Of a DNA stretch of 64,000 bases, positions 49,920 to 62,029 are shown piece by piece. Under the pieces are notes generated by a model, which saw only the letters and a program-made list of their open reading frames with translations, ran no database searches and was not told where the DNA came from. Position 1 is the stretch's first letter; each line of letters starts with the position of its first letter. The translations under genes and the position numbers were made by a program. Source of the DNA: Pristiophorus japonicus (taxonomy: Eukaryota); assembly GCF_044704955.1 (NCBI RefSeq), contig NC_091995.1, positions 49,662,001 to 49,726,000 of the forward strand. Reading direction: 5' to 3'.

Positions 49920-51690
49920 TTGGTTTATTACTGGGTATATGGTTTATTACTGGGTATATGGTTTATTACTGGGTGTACAGTTTATTACTGGGTGTACGGT
50001 ATATTACTGGGTATATGGTTTATTACTGGGTGTACGGTTTATTACTGGTGTATGATATATTTCGGGGCGGATGGTATATTTCGGGGCAGACGGTATATTT
50101 CAGGGTGGACGGTATATTTCGGGGTGGACCATATATTACTGGGTGTAAGGTTTGTTTCTGGACATACGGTATTTTTCTGGTTGTCCAATTTATTACTGGG
50201 TGTACGGTATATTACTGGGTGTACGGTATATTACTGGGTGTACGGAAAATATCTGGTTGTATGGCATACTAATGGGTGTACGTTTTATTACTTTTTTTTT
50301 ATTCGTTCACGGGATGTGGGCGTCACTGGCAAGGCCAGCATTTATTGCCCATCCCTAATTAACCTTGAGAAGATGGTGGTGAGTCACCTTCTTCAACTGC
50401 TGCAGTCCGTGTGGTGATGGCACTCCCACAGTGCTGTTAGGGAGGGAAATCCAGGATTTTAACCCAGCGACGATGAAGGAACTGTGATATGCTTCAAAAT
50501 CAGGATGGTGTGTGACTTGGAGGGGAACGTTGGGGTGGTGGTGTTCCCATGTGCTTGCTGCCCTTATCCTTCCAGGTGGTAGAGATTGCGGGTTAGGGAG
50601 CTGCTGTGGAAGAAGCCTTGGCGAGTTGCTGCAGTGCATCTTGTAGATGATGCACACTGCAGCCATGGTGCGCCGGTGGTGGAGGGAGTGAATGTTTAAG
50701 TTGGTGGATGGGGTGCCAATCAAGCGGGCTGCTTTGTCCTGGATGGTGTTGAGCTTCTTGAGTGTTGTGGGAGCTGCACTCATCCAGGCAAGTGGAGAGT
50801 ATTCTATCACACCCCTGATTTGTGCCTTGTAGATGGTGGAAAGGCTTTGGGGAGCTAAGAGATGAGACACTCGCCGCAGAATACCCAGCCTGTGCCCTGC
50901 TCTTGTTGACACTGTATTTACGTAGCTGGTCCAGTTAAGTTTCTGGTCAGTGGTGACCCTAGGATGTTGATGGTATGGGATTCGGTGATGGTAATGCCAT
51001 TGAATGTTAAGGGGCGGTGGTTAGACTCTCGCTTGTTGGAAATAGTCATTGCCTGGCACTTGTGTGGCGCGAATGTTACTTGACACTTATCAGCGTAAGC
51101 CTGAATGGTGTCCAGGTATTTCTGTATGTGACATCGACTACGCCGTTATCTGAGGAGTTGCGGTTGGAACTGAACACTGTGCAGTCATCAGCGAACATCC
51201 CCACTTCTGACCTTATAATGGAAGGAAGGCCATTGATGAAGCAACTGAAGATGGTTGGGCCTAGAACACTGCCCTGAAGAACTCCTGCAGCGATGTCCTG
51301 GGGCTGTGATGATTGACCTCCAACCCCCACAACCATCTTCCTTTGTGCTACGTGTGATTCCAGCCACTGGAAAGTTTTTACCCTGATTCCCTTTGACTTC
51401 AGTTTTACTAGAGCTCCTTGATGCCACACTCTTGTCAAATGCTGCCTTGATGTCAAGGGCAGTCACTCTCACTTCACCTCTGGAATTCAGCTCTTTTGTC
51501 CATGTTTGCACCAATCTCTGAGTTTATGATTTATTACTAAGTGTATAGTATATTTCTGGGTGAACGGTATATTTCTGGGTGAACAGTATATTTCTGTGTG
51601 TACAGTTTATTTTTGGATGTATGGTTTATTTTTCGGTGTACGGTTTATTGCTGTGTGTATGGTATATTACTGGGTCTATGGTTTATTACT
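49920..51690 (+). repeat. 21-bp minisatellite (TATTACTGGGTGTACGGTTTA-like) split by a LINE
   Basis: Units at 49920-50290 and 51520-51690. Confidence 0.8.
50292..51514 (-). mobile_element. CR1-group (Crack/Daphne-like) LINE, RT and 3' end
   Basis: ALDIKAAFD, QGSVLGP, MFADDC, RAGHRLGILRR..IYKAQ; same family as 35255-35935. Confidence 0.8.
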
Positions 51691-52367
51691 AGGTGGAGCA
51701 CAGGGTGATGGGTGAATGGGGATAGGACTGGGAATGGTACTGAGAGGAAAGCTCTTTCAGAGATTTCATTGCCTTGTACTACAGTGTACATGTGCTAACT
51801 CTCCCCATTACACTTTGACAATTTGAATACATTCAATGAGCTAGCCTCATCTGCTTCCTTGGGCAGAGATTTCCACAGATTCACAACCCTCTGGGAGAAG
51901 AAATTCCTTCTCAACACGGTTTTAAATTGGCTCCCCTGTATTTTGAGGCTGTACCCCCTAGTTCTAGTCTCCCCGGCCAGTGGAAACAACCTCTCTGCCT
52001 CTATCTTGTCTATCCCTTTCATGATTTTAAATGTTTCTATAAGATCACCCCTCATCCTTCTGAACTCCAACGAGTAAAGACCCAGTCTACTCAATCTATC
52101 ATCATAAGGTAACCCCCTCATCTCCGATATCAGCCGAGTGAATCGTCTCTGTACCCCCTCCAAAGCTAGTATATCCTTCCTTAAGTAAGGAGACCAAAAC
52201 TGCACGCAGTACTCCAGGTGTGGCCTCACCAATACCCTGTACAGTTGCAGCAGGACCTCCCTGCTTTTTGTACTCCATCCCTCTCGCAATGAAGGCCAAC
52301 ATTTCATTCGCCTTCTTGATTACCTGCTGCACCTGCAAACTAACTTTTTGGGATTCATGCACAAGGA

Positions 52368-52835
52368 AGTTGTTTGATGGTGGTGCAGTGGTAAGAATGG
52401 TTGCCTTCCAAGCAGTTGACTTGGGTTCGCTTCTCTCCCATCACATTTTGTCAATTTTCAACCTGACTGCCTGCCTCTCTTCAGCTCTTACATCCGGTCC
52501 AGGGTGTCCTTGGAGATGGAGCACGCGGTGTCCACCGGTACGCTCGCGGCCTTCCGCGAGAGGTGGGCACCGGAGGGACTGGAGTGCATCATCACGCCCG
52601 GCAACCAAATTTTAATTTGATTTTACGTTTTTAAGTTTAATTTGTTTAAATTGCCGGTGCTTTTAGTGTCCCCCTTCCCTTTTATAGGGGGCACTGGAAA
52701 AATTTGATTTTAGCGCCCCAAAAAAAAAAACCAAAAAACAAAAAAAAAAAGGGGCCTTGAAAATGTCTGGAGTGTCACCCAGGTCGGGTGGCACCGTTTA
52801 ATGTTTTTATGTTTTGCAGGTAAACTCAAAAGAGT
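52368..52835 (+). mobile_element. Chimeric SINE-like element copy 1: tRNA-Gly head plus Tx1-LINE 3' end
   Basis: Flanked by TTCATGCACAAGGA (52354-52367, 52836-52849). Tail encodes QPDCLPLFSSYIRSRVSLEMEHAVSTGTLAAFRERWAPEGLECIITPGNQILI*, recognised as Tx1-type ORF2 C-terminus, followed by a structured 3' UTR. Confidence 0.8.
52374..52445 (+). tRNA. tRNA-Gly(TCC)-derived sequence (element head)
   Basis: 72 nt, colinear with eukaryotic tRNA-Gly-TCC: anticodon arm TTGCC-TTCCAA-GCAG, GGTTCG T-loop, acceptor TGATGG/CCATCA; followed by TTTT. T-stem and box B are degenerate. Confidence 0.8.
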
Positions 52836-52849
52836 TTCATGCACAAGGA

Positions 52850-53304
52850 AGTTGTTTGATGGTGGTGCAGTGGTAAGAATGGTTGCCTTCCAAGCAGTTG
52901 ACTTGGGTTCGCTTCTCTCCCATCACATTTTGTCAATTTTCAACCTGACTGCCTGCCTCTCTTCAGCTCTTACATCCGGTCCAGGGTGTCCTTGGAGATG
53001 GAGCACGCGGTGTCCACCGGTACGCTCGCGGCCTTCCGCGAGAGGTGGGCACCGGAGGGACTGGAGTGCATCATCACGCCCGGCAACCAAATTTTAATTT
53101 GATTTTACGTTTTAAAGTTTAATTTGTTTTCATTGCCGGTGCTTTTAGTGTCCCCCTCCCCTTTTATAGGGGGCACTGGAAAAATTTGATTTTAGCGCCC
53201 CAAAAAAAAAAAAAAAAAGGGGCCTTGAAAATGTCTGCTGTGTCACCCAGGTCGGGTGGCATGGTTTTAATGTTATATGTTTTTGCAGGTTAACTCAAAA
53301 GAGT
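52850..53304 (+). mobile_element. Chimeric SINE-like element copy 2
   Basis: Same head and Tx1 tail; third target copy at 53305-53318. Confidence 0.8.
52856..52927 (+). tRNA. tRNA-Gly(TCC)-derived sequence (element head, copy 2)
   Basis: Identical to 52374-52445. Confidence 0.8.
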
Positions 53305-53859
53305 TTCATGCACAAGGACTCCCAGGTCCCTCTGCACCGCAGTATGTTGTAATTTCTCCCCATTCAAATAATATTCCTTTTTACTGTTTTTTTTCCCAAG
53401 GTGGATGACCTCACATTTTCCGACATTGTATTCCATCTGCCAAACCTTAGCCCATTCGCTTAACCTATCTAAATCTCTTTGCAGCCTCTCTGTGTCCTCT
53501 ACACAACCCGCTTTCCCACTAATCTTTGTGTCAACTGCAAATTTTGTTACACTGCACTCTGTCCCCTCTTCCAGGTCATCTATGTATATTGTAAACCGGC
53601 AAGGCCAGCATTTATTGCCCAACTCTTATTGCGCTTAAGCAGGTGGTCATGATCTACCTTCTTGACTACATCTGAGTGACTATCTGAGCCACTTTTGAGA
53701 GAAGTTAAGAGTCAACCTCATTGCTGTGGGTCTGGAGTCACATATAGGCCAGACTGGGTAAGGAGGGCAGATTTCCTTCCCTAAAGTGGTCACCATTACT
53801 GCTGCTAGTTTTTAAAAAATACAGATTTATTTAATTATTTTGAAATGAATATGCCTAGC

Positions 53860-55272
53860 GAGAAAACGGGTAATTATAGACCGGTTAGCCTGACATCAGT
53901 AGTGGGGAAATAATCAATTATTAAACATGAAATAGCAGCGCATTTGGAAAGCAGTGACAGGATCGGTCCAAGTCAGCATGGATTTATGAAAGGGAAATCA
54001 TGCTTGACAAATCTTCTGGAATATTTTGAGGATGTAAGTAGTAGAGTGGACAAGTGAGAACCAGTGGATGTGGTGTATTTGGACTTTCAAAAGGCTTTTG
54101 ACAAGGTGCCACACAAGAGATTGGTGTGCAAAATCAAAGCACATGGTACTGGGGGTAATGTACTGACTTGGATAGAGAACTGGTTGGCAGACAGGAAGCA
54201 GAGAGTCGGGATTAACGGGTCCTTTTCAAAATGGCAGACAGTGACTGGTGGAGTGCCACAGGGCTCAGTGCTGGGACCCCAGCTCTTTACAATATGCATT
54301 AATGATTTAGATGAGGGAATTGAGTGTAATATCTCCAAGTTTGAAGATGACACTAAACTGGGTGATAGTGTGAGCTGTGAGGAGGACGCTAAAAGGCTGC
54401 AGGGTGACTTGGACAGGTTAGGTGAGTGGGCAAACGCATGGCAGAGGCAGTATAATGTGGATAAATGTGAGGTTATCCACTTTGGGGGCAAAAACACGAA
54501 GGCAGAATATTATCTGAGTGGCGGCAGATTAGGAAAGAGGAAGGTGCAACAAGATCTGGGTGTCATGGTTAATCAGTCATTGAAAGTTGGCATGCAGGTA
54601 CAGCAGGCGGTGAAGAAGGCAAATGGTATGTTGGCCTTCATAGCTAGGGGATTTGAGTATAGGAGCAGGGTCTTACTGCAGTTGTACAGGGCCTTAGTGA
54701 GGCCTCACCTGGAACATTGTGTTCAGTTTTGGTCTCCCAATCTGAGGAAGGACGTTCTTGCTATTGAGGGAGTGCAGCAAAGGTTCACCAGACTGATTCC
54801 CGGGATGGCGGGACTGACAGATGAGGAGAGACTGGATCAACTGGGCCTTTATACACTGGAGTTTAGAAGGATGAGAGGAGATCTCACAGAAACTTACAAG
54901 ATTCTGATGGGACTGGTCAGGTTAGATGCGGGAAGAATGTTCCCGATGAAGGGGAAGTCCAGAACCAGGGGACAGTGTCTTAGGATAAGGGGTAGGCCAT
55001 TTAGGACTGAGATGAGGAGAAACTTCTTCACTCAGAGAGTTGTTAACCTGTGGAATTCCCTACCATAGAGAGGTGTTGATGCCAGTTAATTGGATATATT
55101 CAAGAGGGAGTTAGATATGGCTCTTACAACTAAAGGGATCAAGGGGTATGGAGAGAATGCAGGAAAGGAGTACTGAAGGAATGATCAGCCATGATCTTAT
55201 TGAATGGTGGTGCAGGCTCGAAGGGCTGAATGGCCTACTCCTGCACCTATTTTCTATGTTTCTATGTTTCTA
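53860..55272 (+). mobile_element. CR1 LINE, 5'-truncated
   Basis: 334-aa RT ORF 54064-55068; (TTTCTATG)n tail. Confidence 0.92.
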
Positions 55273-55274
55273 TA

Positions 55275-56064
55275 AGGAGACCCCAAAACTACAGAGTACC
55301 CCAGGTCTAGTATCATCAAAGCCCTGTACAATTGGAGTAAGACGCCCTTACTTTTGTACTCCAAACCCCTTGCAATAAAGGCCAACATGCCATTTGCCTT
55401 CCTAATTTCTTGTTGTACCTGCTTGTTAACTTTCTGTGTTTCCTGTATGAGGACACCTAAATCTCTCTGAACACCAGCATTTAATAGTTTCTCACCATTT
55501 AAAAAAGATTCTGTTATTTTTATTCTTCCTACCAAAGTGAATAACCTCACATTTCCCCAAATTATACTCCATCTGCCACCTTATTGCCCACTCAATTAAT
55601 CAGTCCATATCCCTTTGCAGGCTCTTTGTGGCCTCCTCACAGCTTACTTTCCCACCTAGCTTTGTATCATCAGCAAACCTGGATACATGGTCCCATCATC
55701 TAAGTCATTAATATAGATTGTAAATAGCTGAGGCCCACGCACTGATCTTTGCTGCACCCTACTAGATACAGCCTGCCAACCGGAAAATGACCCACTTATC
55801 CCTCCAGACTACCTTTGTCAATTTGATTTGCCCAATCTATATAAAAAATTTAAGTCCCCCATGATTATTTGTTACCTTTGTTACAAGCTCCTATTATTTG
55901 TTGATTAATACTCTATCCTACGGTATAGCTTGTGTTTGGGGCCTATAAACTATTCCCACCAATGTTTTCTTTTTATTCCTTATCTCCACCCATACTGATT
56001 CTACTTCCTGATCTTCCTAGCCAAGATCCTTTCCCACTACTGTCCGTATGTCATTCTTTATTAT
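55275..56064 (-). mobile_element. CR1 fragments (host of the full-length CR1; continues at 61749-62029)
   Basis: QRDLGVLIQE..ANGMLAFIARG peptide. Confidence 0.75.
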
Positions 56065-56065
56065 C

Positions 56066-56592
56066 GAGCAGCGCGAGTCCGGGGTGTGTGGTGAGGCCTA
56101 TAAAAGGCCCAACGTTGGAGGAGGAGCGGCAGTTCGAGCAGCGCGAGTCCGGGGTGCGTGGAGAGGCCTATAAAAGGCCCAACGTTGGAGGAGGAGCGGC
56201 AGTTTGAGCAGCGCGAGTCCGGGGTGCGTGGAGAGGCCTATAAAAGGCCCAACATCGGAGGAGGAGCGACAGTTCGAGCAGCGTGAGTCCGGGGTGTATA
56301 AAGAGGCCTATAAAAGGCCCAACGTCGGAGGAGGAGCGGCAGTTCGAGCAGCGCGAGTCCGGGGTGCATGAAGAGGCCTATAAAAGGCCCAACGTCGGAG
56401 GAGGAGCGGCAGTTCGAGCAGCATGAGTCCGGGGTGTGGGAGAGGCCTATAAAAGGCCCAACGTCGGAGGAGGAGCGGCAGTTCGAGCAGCGTGAGTCCG
56501 GGGTGTGGGAGAGGCCTATAAAAGGCCCAACGTCGGAGGAGGAGCCGCAGTTCGAGCAGCGCGAGTCCGGGGTGTGGGAGAGGCCTATAAAA
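56066..56592 (+). promoter_or_regulatory. 69-70-bp tandem 5' UTR monomers, each with a TATA box
   Basis: Units start at 56066, 56136, 56206, 56276, 56346, 56416, 56485 and 56554; each carries GGCC-TATAAAA (GGCC-TATAAAA-GGCC in the seven complete units) and is CpG-rich. Confidence 0.75.
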
Positions 56593-58678
56593 GCGGGGCT
56601 TGTGCAGCTGCAGCGGGGACAGAAGGCAAAAAACAAGTAGAAAGAAATCAAAAGGTGACGTCACAGCCAAAGTGGTAAGAGATTGGCTGATGATTGGTCA
56701 GTAGCTTTCTTTTTCTTTTCTATTTCAGTAATTAACCTTTAGCATTGTGGTTGCCAAATTAAGTTAATCTAGGGGTTAATTCATGGCAGGAGAGCTCGGA
56801 CACGTGTTATGCTCCTCCTGTACTATTTGGGAAATCAGTGACGCCTCCGGAGTCCCTGACGACTACGTGTGCGGGAAGTGTATCCACCTCCAGCTCCTGA
56901 CGAACCGCGTTGCGGAACTGGAGCTGCGGGTGGATTCACTTTGGAGCATGCACGATGCTGAGAATGATGTGAATAGCACATTTAGTGAGTTGGTCTCACC
57001 GCAGGTAAAGGGTACAAAGCCAGATAAGGAATGGAAGACCAACAGGAAGAGCAGTGGAAGGAAGGTAGTGCAGGCGCCCCCAGCGGTCATCTCCCTGCAA
57101 AACAGATACACCGCTTTGGGTACTGTTGAGGGGGATGACTGATCAGGGGAGAGCAGCAGCAGCCAGGTTCATGCTACCGTGGGTGGCTCTGCTGTACAGA
57201 AGGGCAGGAAAAAGAGTGGAAGAGCAATAGTGATAGGGGATTCGATTGTAAGGGGAATAGATAGGCGTTTCTGCGGCCGCAACCGGGACTCCAGGATGGT
57301 ATGTTGCCTCCCTGGTGCAAGGGTCAAGGATGTCTCGGAGCAGGCGCAGGACATTCTGAAAAGGGTGGGTGAACAGCCAGTTGTCGTGGTGCATATAGAT
57401 ACCAACGACATAGGTAAAAAACGGAATGAGGTCCTAAGAGACGAATTTAGGGAGCTAGGAGTTAAATTAAAAAGTAGGACCTCAAAAGTAGTAATCTCAG
57501 GATTGCTACCAGTGCCACGTGCGAGTCAGAGTAGGAATCACAGGATAGCTCAGATGAATACGTGGCTTGAGCAGTGGTGCAGCAGGGAGGGATTCAAATT
57601 CCTGGGGCATTGGAACCGGTTCTGGGGAGGTGGGACTAGTACAATCCGGACGGTCTGCACCTGGGCAGGACCAGAACCAATGTCCTAGGGGGAGTGTTTG
57701 CTAGTGCTGTTGGGGAGGAGTTAAACTAATATGGCAGGGGGATGGGAACCAATGCAGGGAGACAGAGGGAAACAAAATGGAGACAGAAGCAAAAGACAGA
57801 AAGAAGATGAGGAAAAGTGGAGGGCAGAGAAACAGAGAAACAGAGAAGGCAAAAAACAAAAAGGGCCACTTTACAGCAAAATTCTAAAGGCTCAAAGTGT
57901 GTTAAAAAGGCAAGCCTGAAGGCTCTGTGCCTCAATGCGAGGAGTATTCGGAATAAGGTGGACGAATTAACTGTGCAGATAGCAGTTAACGGATACGATG
58001 TGATTGGCATCACGGAGGCATGGCTCCAGGGTGACCAAGGCTGGGAACTCAACATCCAAGGGTATTCAACATTTAGGAAGGATAGACAGAAAGGAAAAGG
58101 AGGCGGGGTGGCGTTGCTGGTTAAAGAGGAAATTAATGCAATTGTAAGGAAAGACATTAGCTTGGATGATGTGGAATCGGTATGGGTGGAGCTACGGAAT
58201 ACCAAAGGGCAGAAAACGCTAGTGTGAGTTGTGTAGACATCCAAACAGTAATAGTGATGTTGGGGAGGGCACCAAACAGGAAATTAGGGGTGCGTGCAAT
58301 AAAGGTGCAGCAGTTATCATGGGTGACTTTCATATGCATAGAGATTGGGCTAACCAAATTGGAAAAAATACGGTGGAGGAGGATTTCCTGGAGGGCATAA
58401 GGGATGGTTTTCTGGACCAATATGTCGAGGAACCAACTAGGGGGGAGGCCATCTTAGATTGGGTGTTGTGTAATGAGAGAGGATTAATTAGCAATCTCGT
58501 TGTGCGAGACCCCTTGGGGAATTCTACATTAGGATGGAAAATGAAACAGTTAATTCAGCAACCATGGTCCAGAACTTAAAGAAGAGTAACTTTGAAGGTA
58601 TGAGGCATGAATAGGCTAGGATAGATTGGCGAATGATACTTAAGGGCTTGACAGTGGATGGGCAATGGCAGACATAAA

Positions 58679-59638
58679 GGGCCCAAGTTTCCACACGATA
58701 AAAAACGGGCGCCCCTCCAAGCTGGGCACCCGTTTTTCGCACCTAAAACGGCGCCGGAAAAAAAACGCGCGATTCTGGAGCGCCCTGCAGCTCCTTGTCT
58801 GTTTGGCGCGGCGCCCAGGGGGGCGGAGCCTACACTCGCGCCGATTTTGTAAGTGGGAGGGAGCAGGAACCATTTAAATTAGTTTTTTTCCTGCCGGCAA
58901 CGCTGCGTGTGCGCGTTGCAGCGTTCGCGCATGCGCAGTGTGAAGGAAACATTGGCACTCGGCCATTTTTGTAGTTCTTTGTAGCTGTTTAATTTTTGAA
59001 CATTTTTTAATAAGGGCACATTGCCATCAGCACATCAGCACTGAGGCTTCTTGCAGCCTTCTCACTGTCTTCTTCCCCCCCCGCCCCCCGCGGGAACGAA
59101 CGGCTGTTTCCTTCCCCCCCCCCCGCGGGAACGAACGGCTGCAGCATTCTCTGTGCCTGAAGCACTTTCACACAGGTAAGAAGATGGTTTATTTAATCTT
59201 TTCTTTGCTTATAAATGTTTATTCAGGTTGGATTTATTTGTATAATATTTGTAGAAGTATAAATAAGGATTTATTATAGAATTTAATGACTTCCCTTCCC
59301 CCCGCCTCCCCCCCCCCCCACCTCGTTCTGGACGGCGAATTTGTAACCTGCGCCTGATTTTTTAATGTGCAGACAAGGTTTTTTCAGTTCGACAAAAATC
59401 TTCACTTGCTCCATTCTAAGTTAGTTTGGAGTACGTTTTCACCGTGGAAACTTTGAAATCAGGCGTCAGTGGCCGGACACGCCCCCTTTTGAAGAAAAAA
59501 TTCTGTTCCAAAGGAGAACTGTTCTACCTGACTAGAACTGCAGAAAAAAAAATGTGGAGAATTGCGATTTCTAAGATAGTCCGTTCTCCACCAGTTGCTC
59601 CTAAAAATCAGGCGCAAATCATGTGGAAACTTGGGCCC
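58679..59638. mobile_element. PIF/Harbinger-type MITE, copy 2 (same family as 47775-49098)
   Basis: TIRs GGGCCCAAGTTTCCACACGAT / ATCATGTGGAAACTTGGGCCC; inserted in CR1 ORF2. Confidence 0.88.
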
Positions 59639-62029
59639 TTAGAGACTGCATGGATGAACTACAACAATTGTACATTCCTGTCTAGCGTAAAAATAAAAAA
59701 GGGAAGGTGGCTCAACCGTGGCTATCAAGGGAAATCAGGGATCGTATTAAAGCCAAGGAAGTGACATACAAATTGACCAGAAATAGCAGCGAACCCGGGG
59801 ACTGGGAGAAATTTAGAACTCAGCAGAGGAGGACAAAGGGTTTGATTAGGGCAGGGAAAATGGAGTACGAGAGGAAGCTTGCAGGGAACATTAAAATGGA
59901 CTGCAAAAGTTTCGATAGATATGTAAAGAGAAAAAGGTTAGTAAAGAGAAACATAGGTCCCCTGCAGTCAGAATCAAGGGAATTCATAATGGGGAACAAA
60001 GAAATGGCAGACCAATTGAACAAGTACTTTAGTTCGGTATTCACTAAGGAGGACACAAACAACTTTCCGGATATAAAAGGGGTCAGAGGGTCTAGTAAGA
60101 AGGAGGAACTGAGGGAAATCCTTATTAGTCGGGAAATTGTGTTGGGGAAATTGATGGGATTGAAGGCCAATAAATCCCCAGAGCCTGATGGTCTGCATCC
60201 CAGAGATGGACTTGGAAATAGCGGATGCATTGACAGTCATTTTCCAACATTCCATAGACTGGATCAGTTCCTATGGAGTGGAGGGTAGCCAATGTAACCC
60301 CACTTTTTAAAAAAGAAGGGAGAGAGAAAACAGCGAATTGTAGACTGGTCAGCCTGACATCGGTAGTGGGTAAACTGATGGAATCAATGATTAAGGTTTT
60401 CATAGCAGCGCATTTGGAAAGAGGTGAAATGATAGGTCCAATTCAGCATGGATTTGTGAAAGGGAAATCATGCTTGACAAATCTTCTGGAATTTTTTGAG
60501 GATGTTTCCAGTTAAGTGGACAAGGGAGAACCAATTGATGTGGTGTATTTGGACTTTCAGAAGGCTTTCGACAAGGTCCCACGCAAGAGATTAATGTGCA
60601 AAGTTAAAGCACATGAGATTGGGGGTAGTGTGTTGACGTGGATTGAGAACTGGTTGGCAGACAGGAAGCAAAGAGTAGGAGTAAATGGGTACTTCTCAGA
60701 ATGGCAGGCAGTGACTAGTGGGGTACCGCAAGGTTCTGTGCTGGGGCCCCAGCTGTTTACATTGTACATTAATGATTTAGACGAGGGGATTAAATGTAGT
60801 ATCTCCAAATTTGCGGATGACACTAAGTTGGGTGGCAGTGTGAGCTGCGAGGAGGATGCTATGAGACTGCAGAGTGACTTGAATAGGTTCGGTGATTGGG
60901 CAAATGCATGGCAGATGAAGTATAATGTGGATAAATGTGAGGTTATCCACTTTGGTGGTAAAAACAGAGAGACAGACTATTATCTGAATGGTGACAGATT
61001 AGGAAAAGGGGAGGTGCAATGAGACCTGGGTGACATAGTACATCAGTCATTGAAGGTTGGCATGCAGGTACAGCAGGCGGTTAAGAAAGCAAATGGCATG
61101 TTGGCTTTCATAGCGAGGGAATTTGAGTACAGGGGCAGGGAGGTGTTGCTACAGTTGTACAGGGCCTTGGTGAGGCCACACCTGGAGTATTGTGTATAGT
61201 TTTGGTCTCCTAACTTGAGGAAGGACATTCTTGCTATTGAGGGCGTGCAGCGAAGGTTCACCAGACTGATTCCTGGAATGGCGAGACTGACATACCAAGA
61301 AAGACTGGATCAACTGGACTTGTATTCACTGGAGTTCAGAAGAATGAGAGGGGATCTCATAGAAACATTTAAAATTCTGACAGGTTTAGACAGGTTCGAT
61401 GCAGGAAGAATGTTCCCAATTTTGGGGAAGTCCAGAACCAGGGATCACAGTCTAAGGATAAGGGGTAAGCCATTTAGGATCGAGATGAGGAGAAACTTCT
61501 TCACCCAGAGAGTGGTGAACCTGTGGAATTCTCTACCACAGAAAGTTGTTGAGGCCAATTCACTAAATATATTCAAAAAGGAGTTAGATGAAGTCCTTAC
61601 TACTAGGGGCATCAAGGAGTATGGCGAGAAAGCAGGAATGGGGGACTGAAGTTGCTTGTTCAGCCATGAACTCATTGAATGGCGGTGCAGGCTCGAAGGG
61701 CCGAATGGTCTACTCCTGCACCTATTTTCTATGTTTCTATGTTTCTATCCCACCACCCCTCTGCCCCGCCCCCCGCCTCCTGCTTTTTCATTCTGCCTGT
61801 CTTTTCAAAATGTGAAGTAGCCTGGAACATTCAGTTCCCAACCTTGGTCACCTTGCAACCACATATCTGTAATGGTTATTAGATCAAAGCTATGTATCTC
61901 TCTTTGTACCACTAATTTGTCTAACTTCGTACGAATGCTTCACACATAAAGAGCCTTTAATTTGAACTTTTTACCATTATTCCCTGCTTTCACTATATTC
62001 ACTGATGTACTTTTACCGTTAAACTCTCT

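Larger units (their letters stand above)
51818..53596 (-). mobile_element. CR1 RT/3' fragment, host of the tRNA-Tx1 insertions
   Basis: The CR1 reading QRDLGVLVHE|SQKVSLQVQQ is interrupted exactly by 52368-53304. Confidence 0.9.
56065..61748 (+). mobile_element. Near full-length CR1 LINE (decayed)
   Basis: 5' monomer array; ORF1 from 56783 (CSSC..CGKC zinc finger/zipper, SGNH esterase IVIGDSIVRG, HIDTNDI); ORF2 ~57900-61649 (NARS, ITEAWL, GDF, RT motifs); (TTTCTATG)n tail; several stops and one MITE insertion. Confidence 0.92.

Noticed and set aside
49840-50417. Hydrophobic membrane-protein-like ORFs (YYWVYGLLLGV repeats)
   Set aside because: Translation of a 21-bp minisatellite.
52374-52927. 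Functional tRNA-Gly gene pair
   Set aside because: T-stem and box B are mismatched, the first acceptor pair is broken, and both copies lie in TSD-flanked insertions; treated as retroelement heads.
56066-56592. CRISPR-like repeat with a palindromic core
   Set aside because: The whole 70-bp unit repeats, including the would-be spacer; it is a LINE 5' UTR array.
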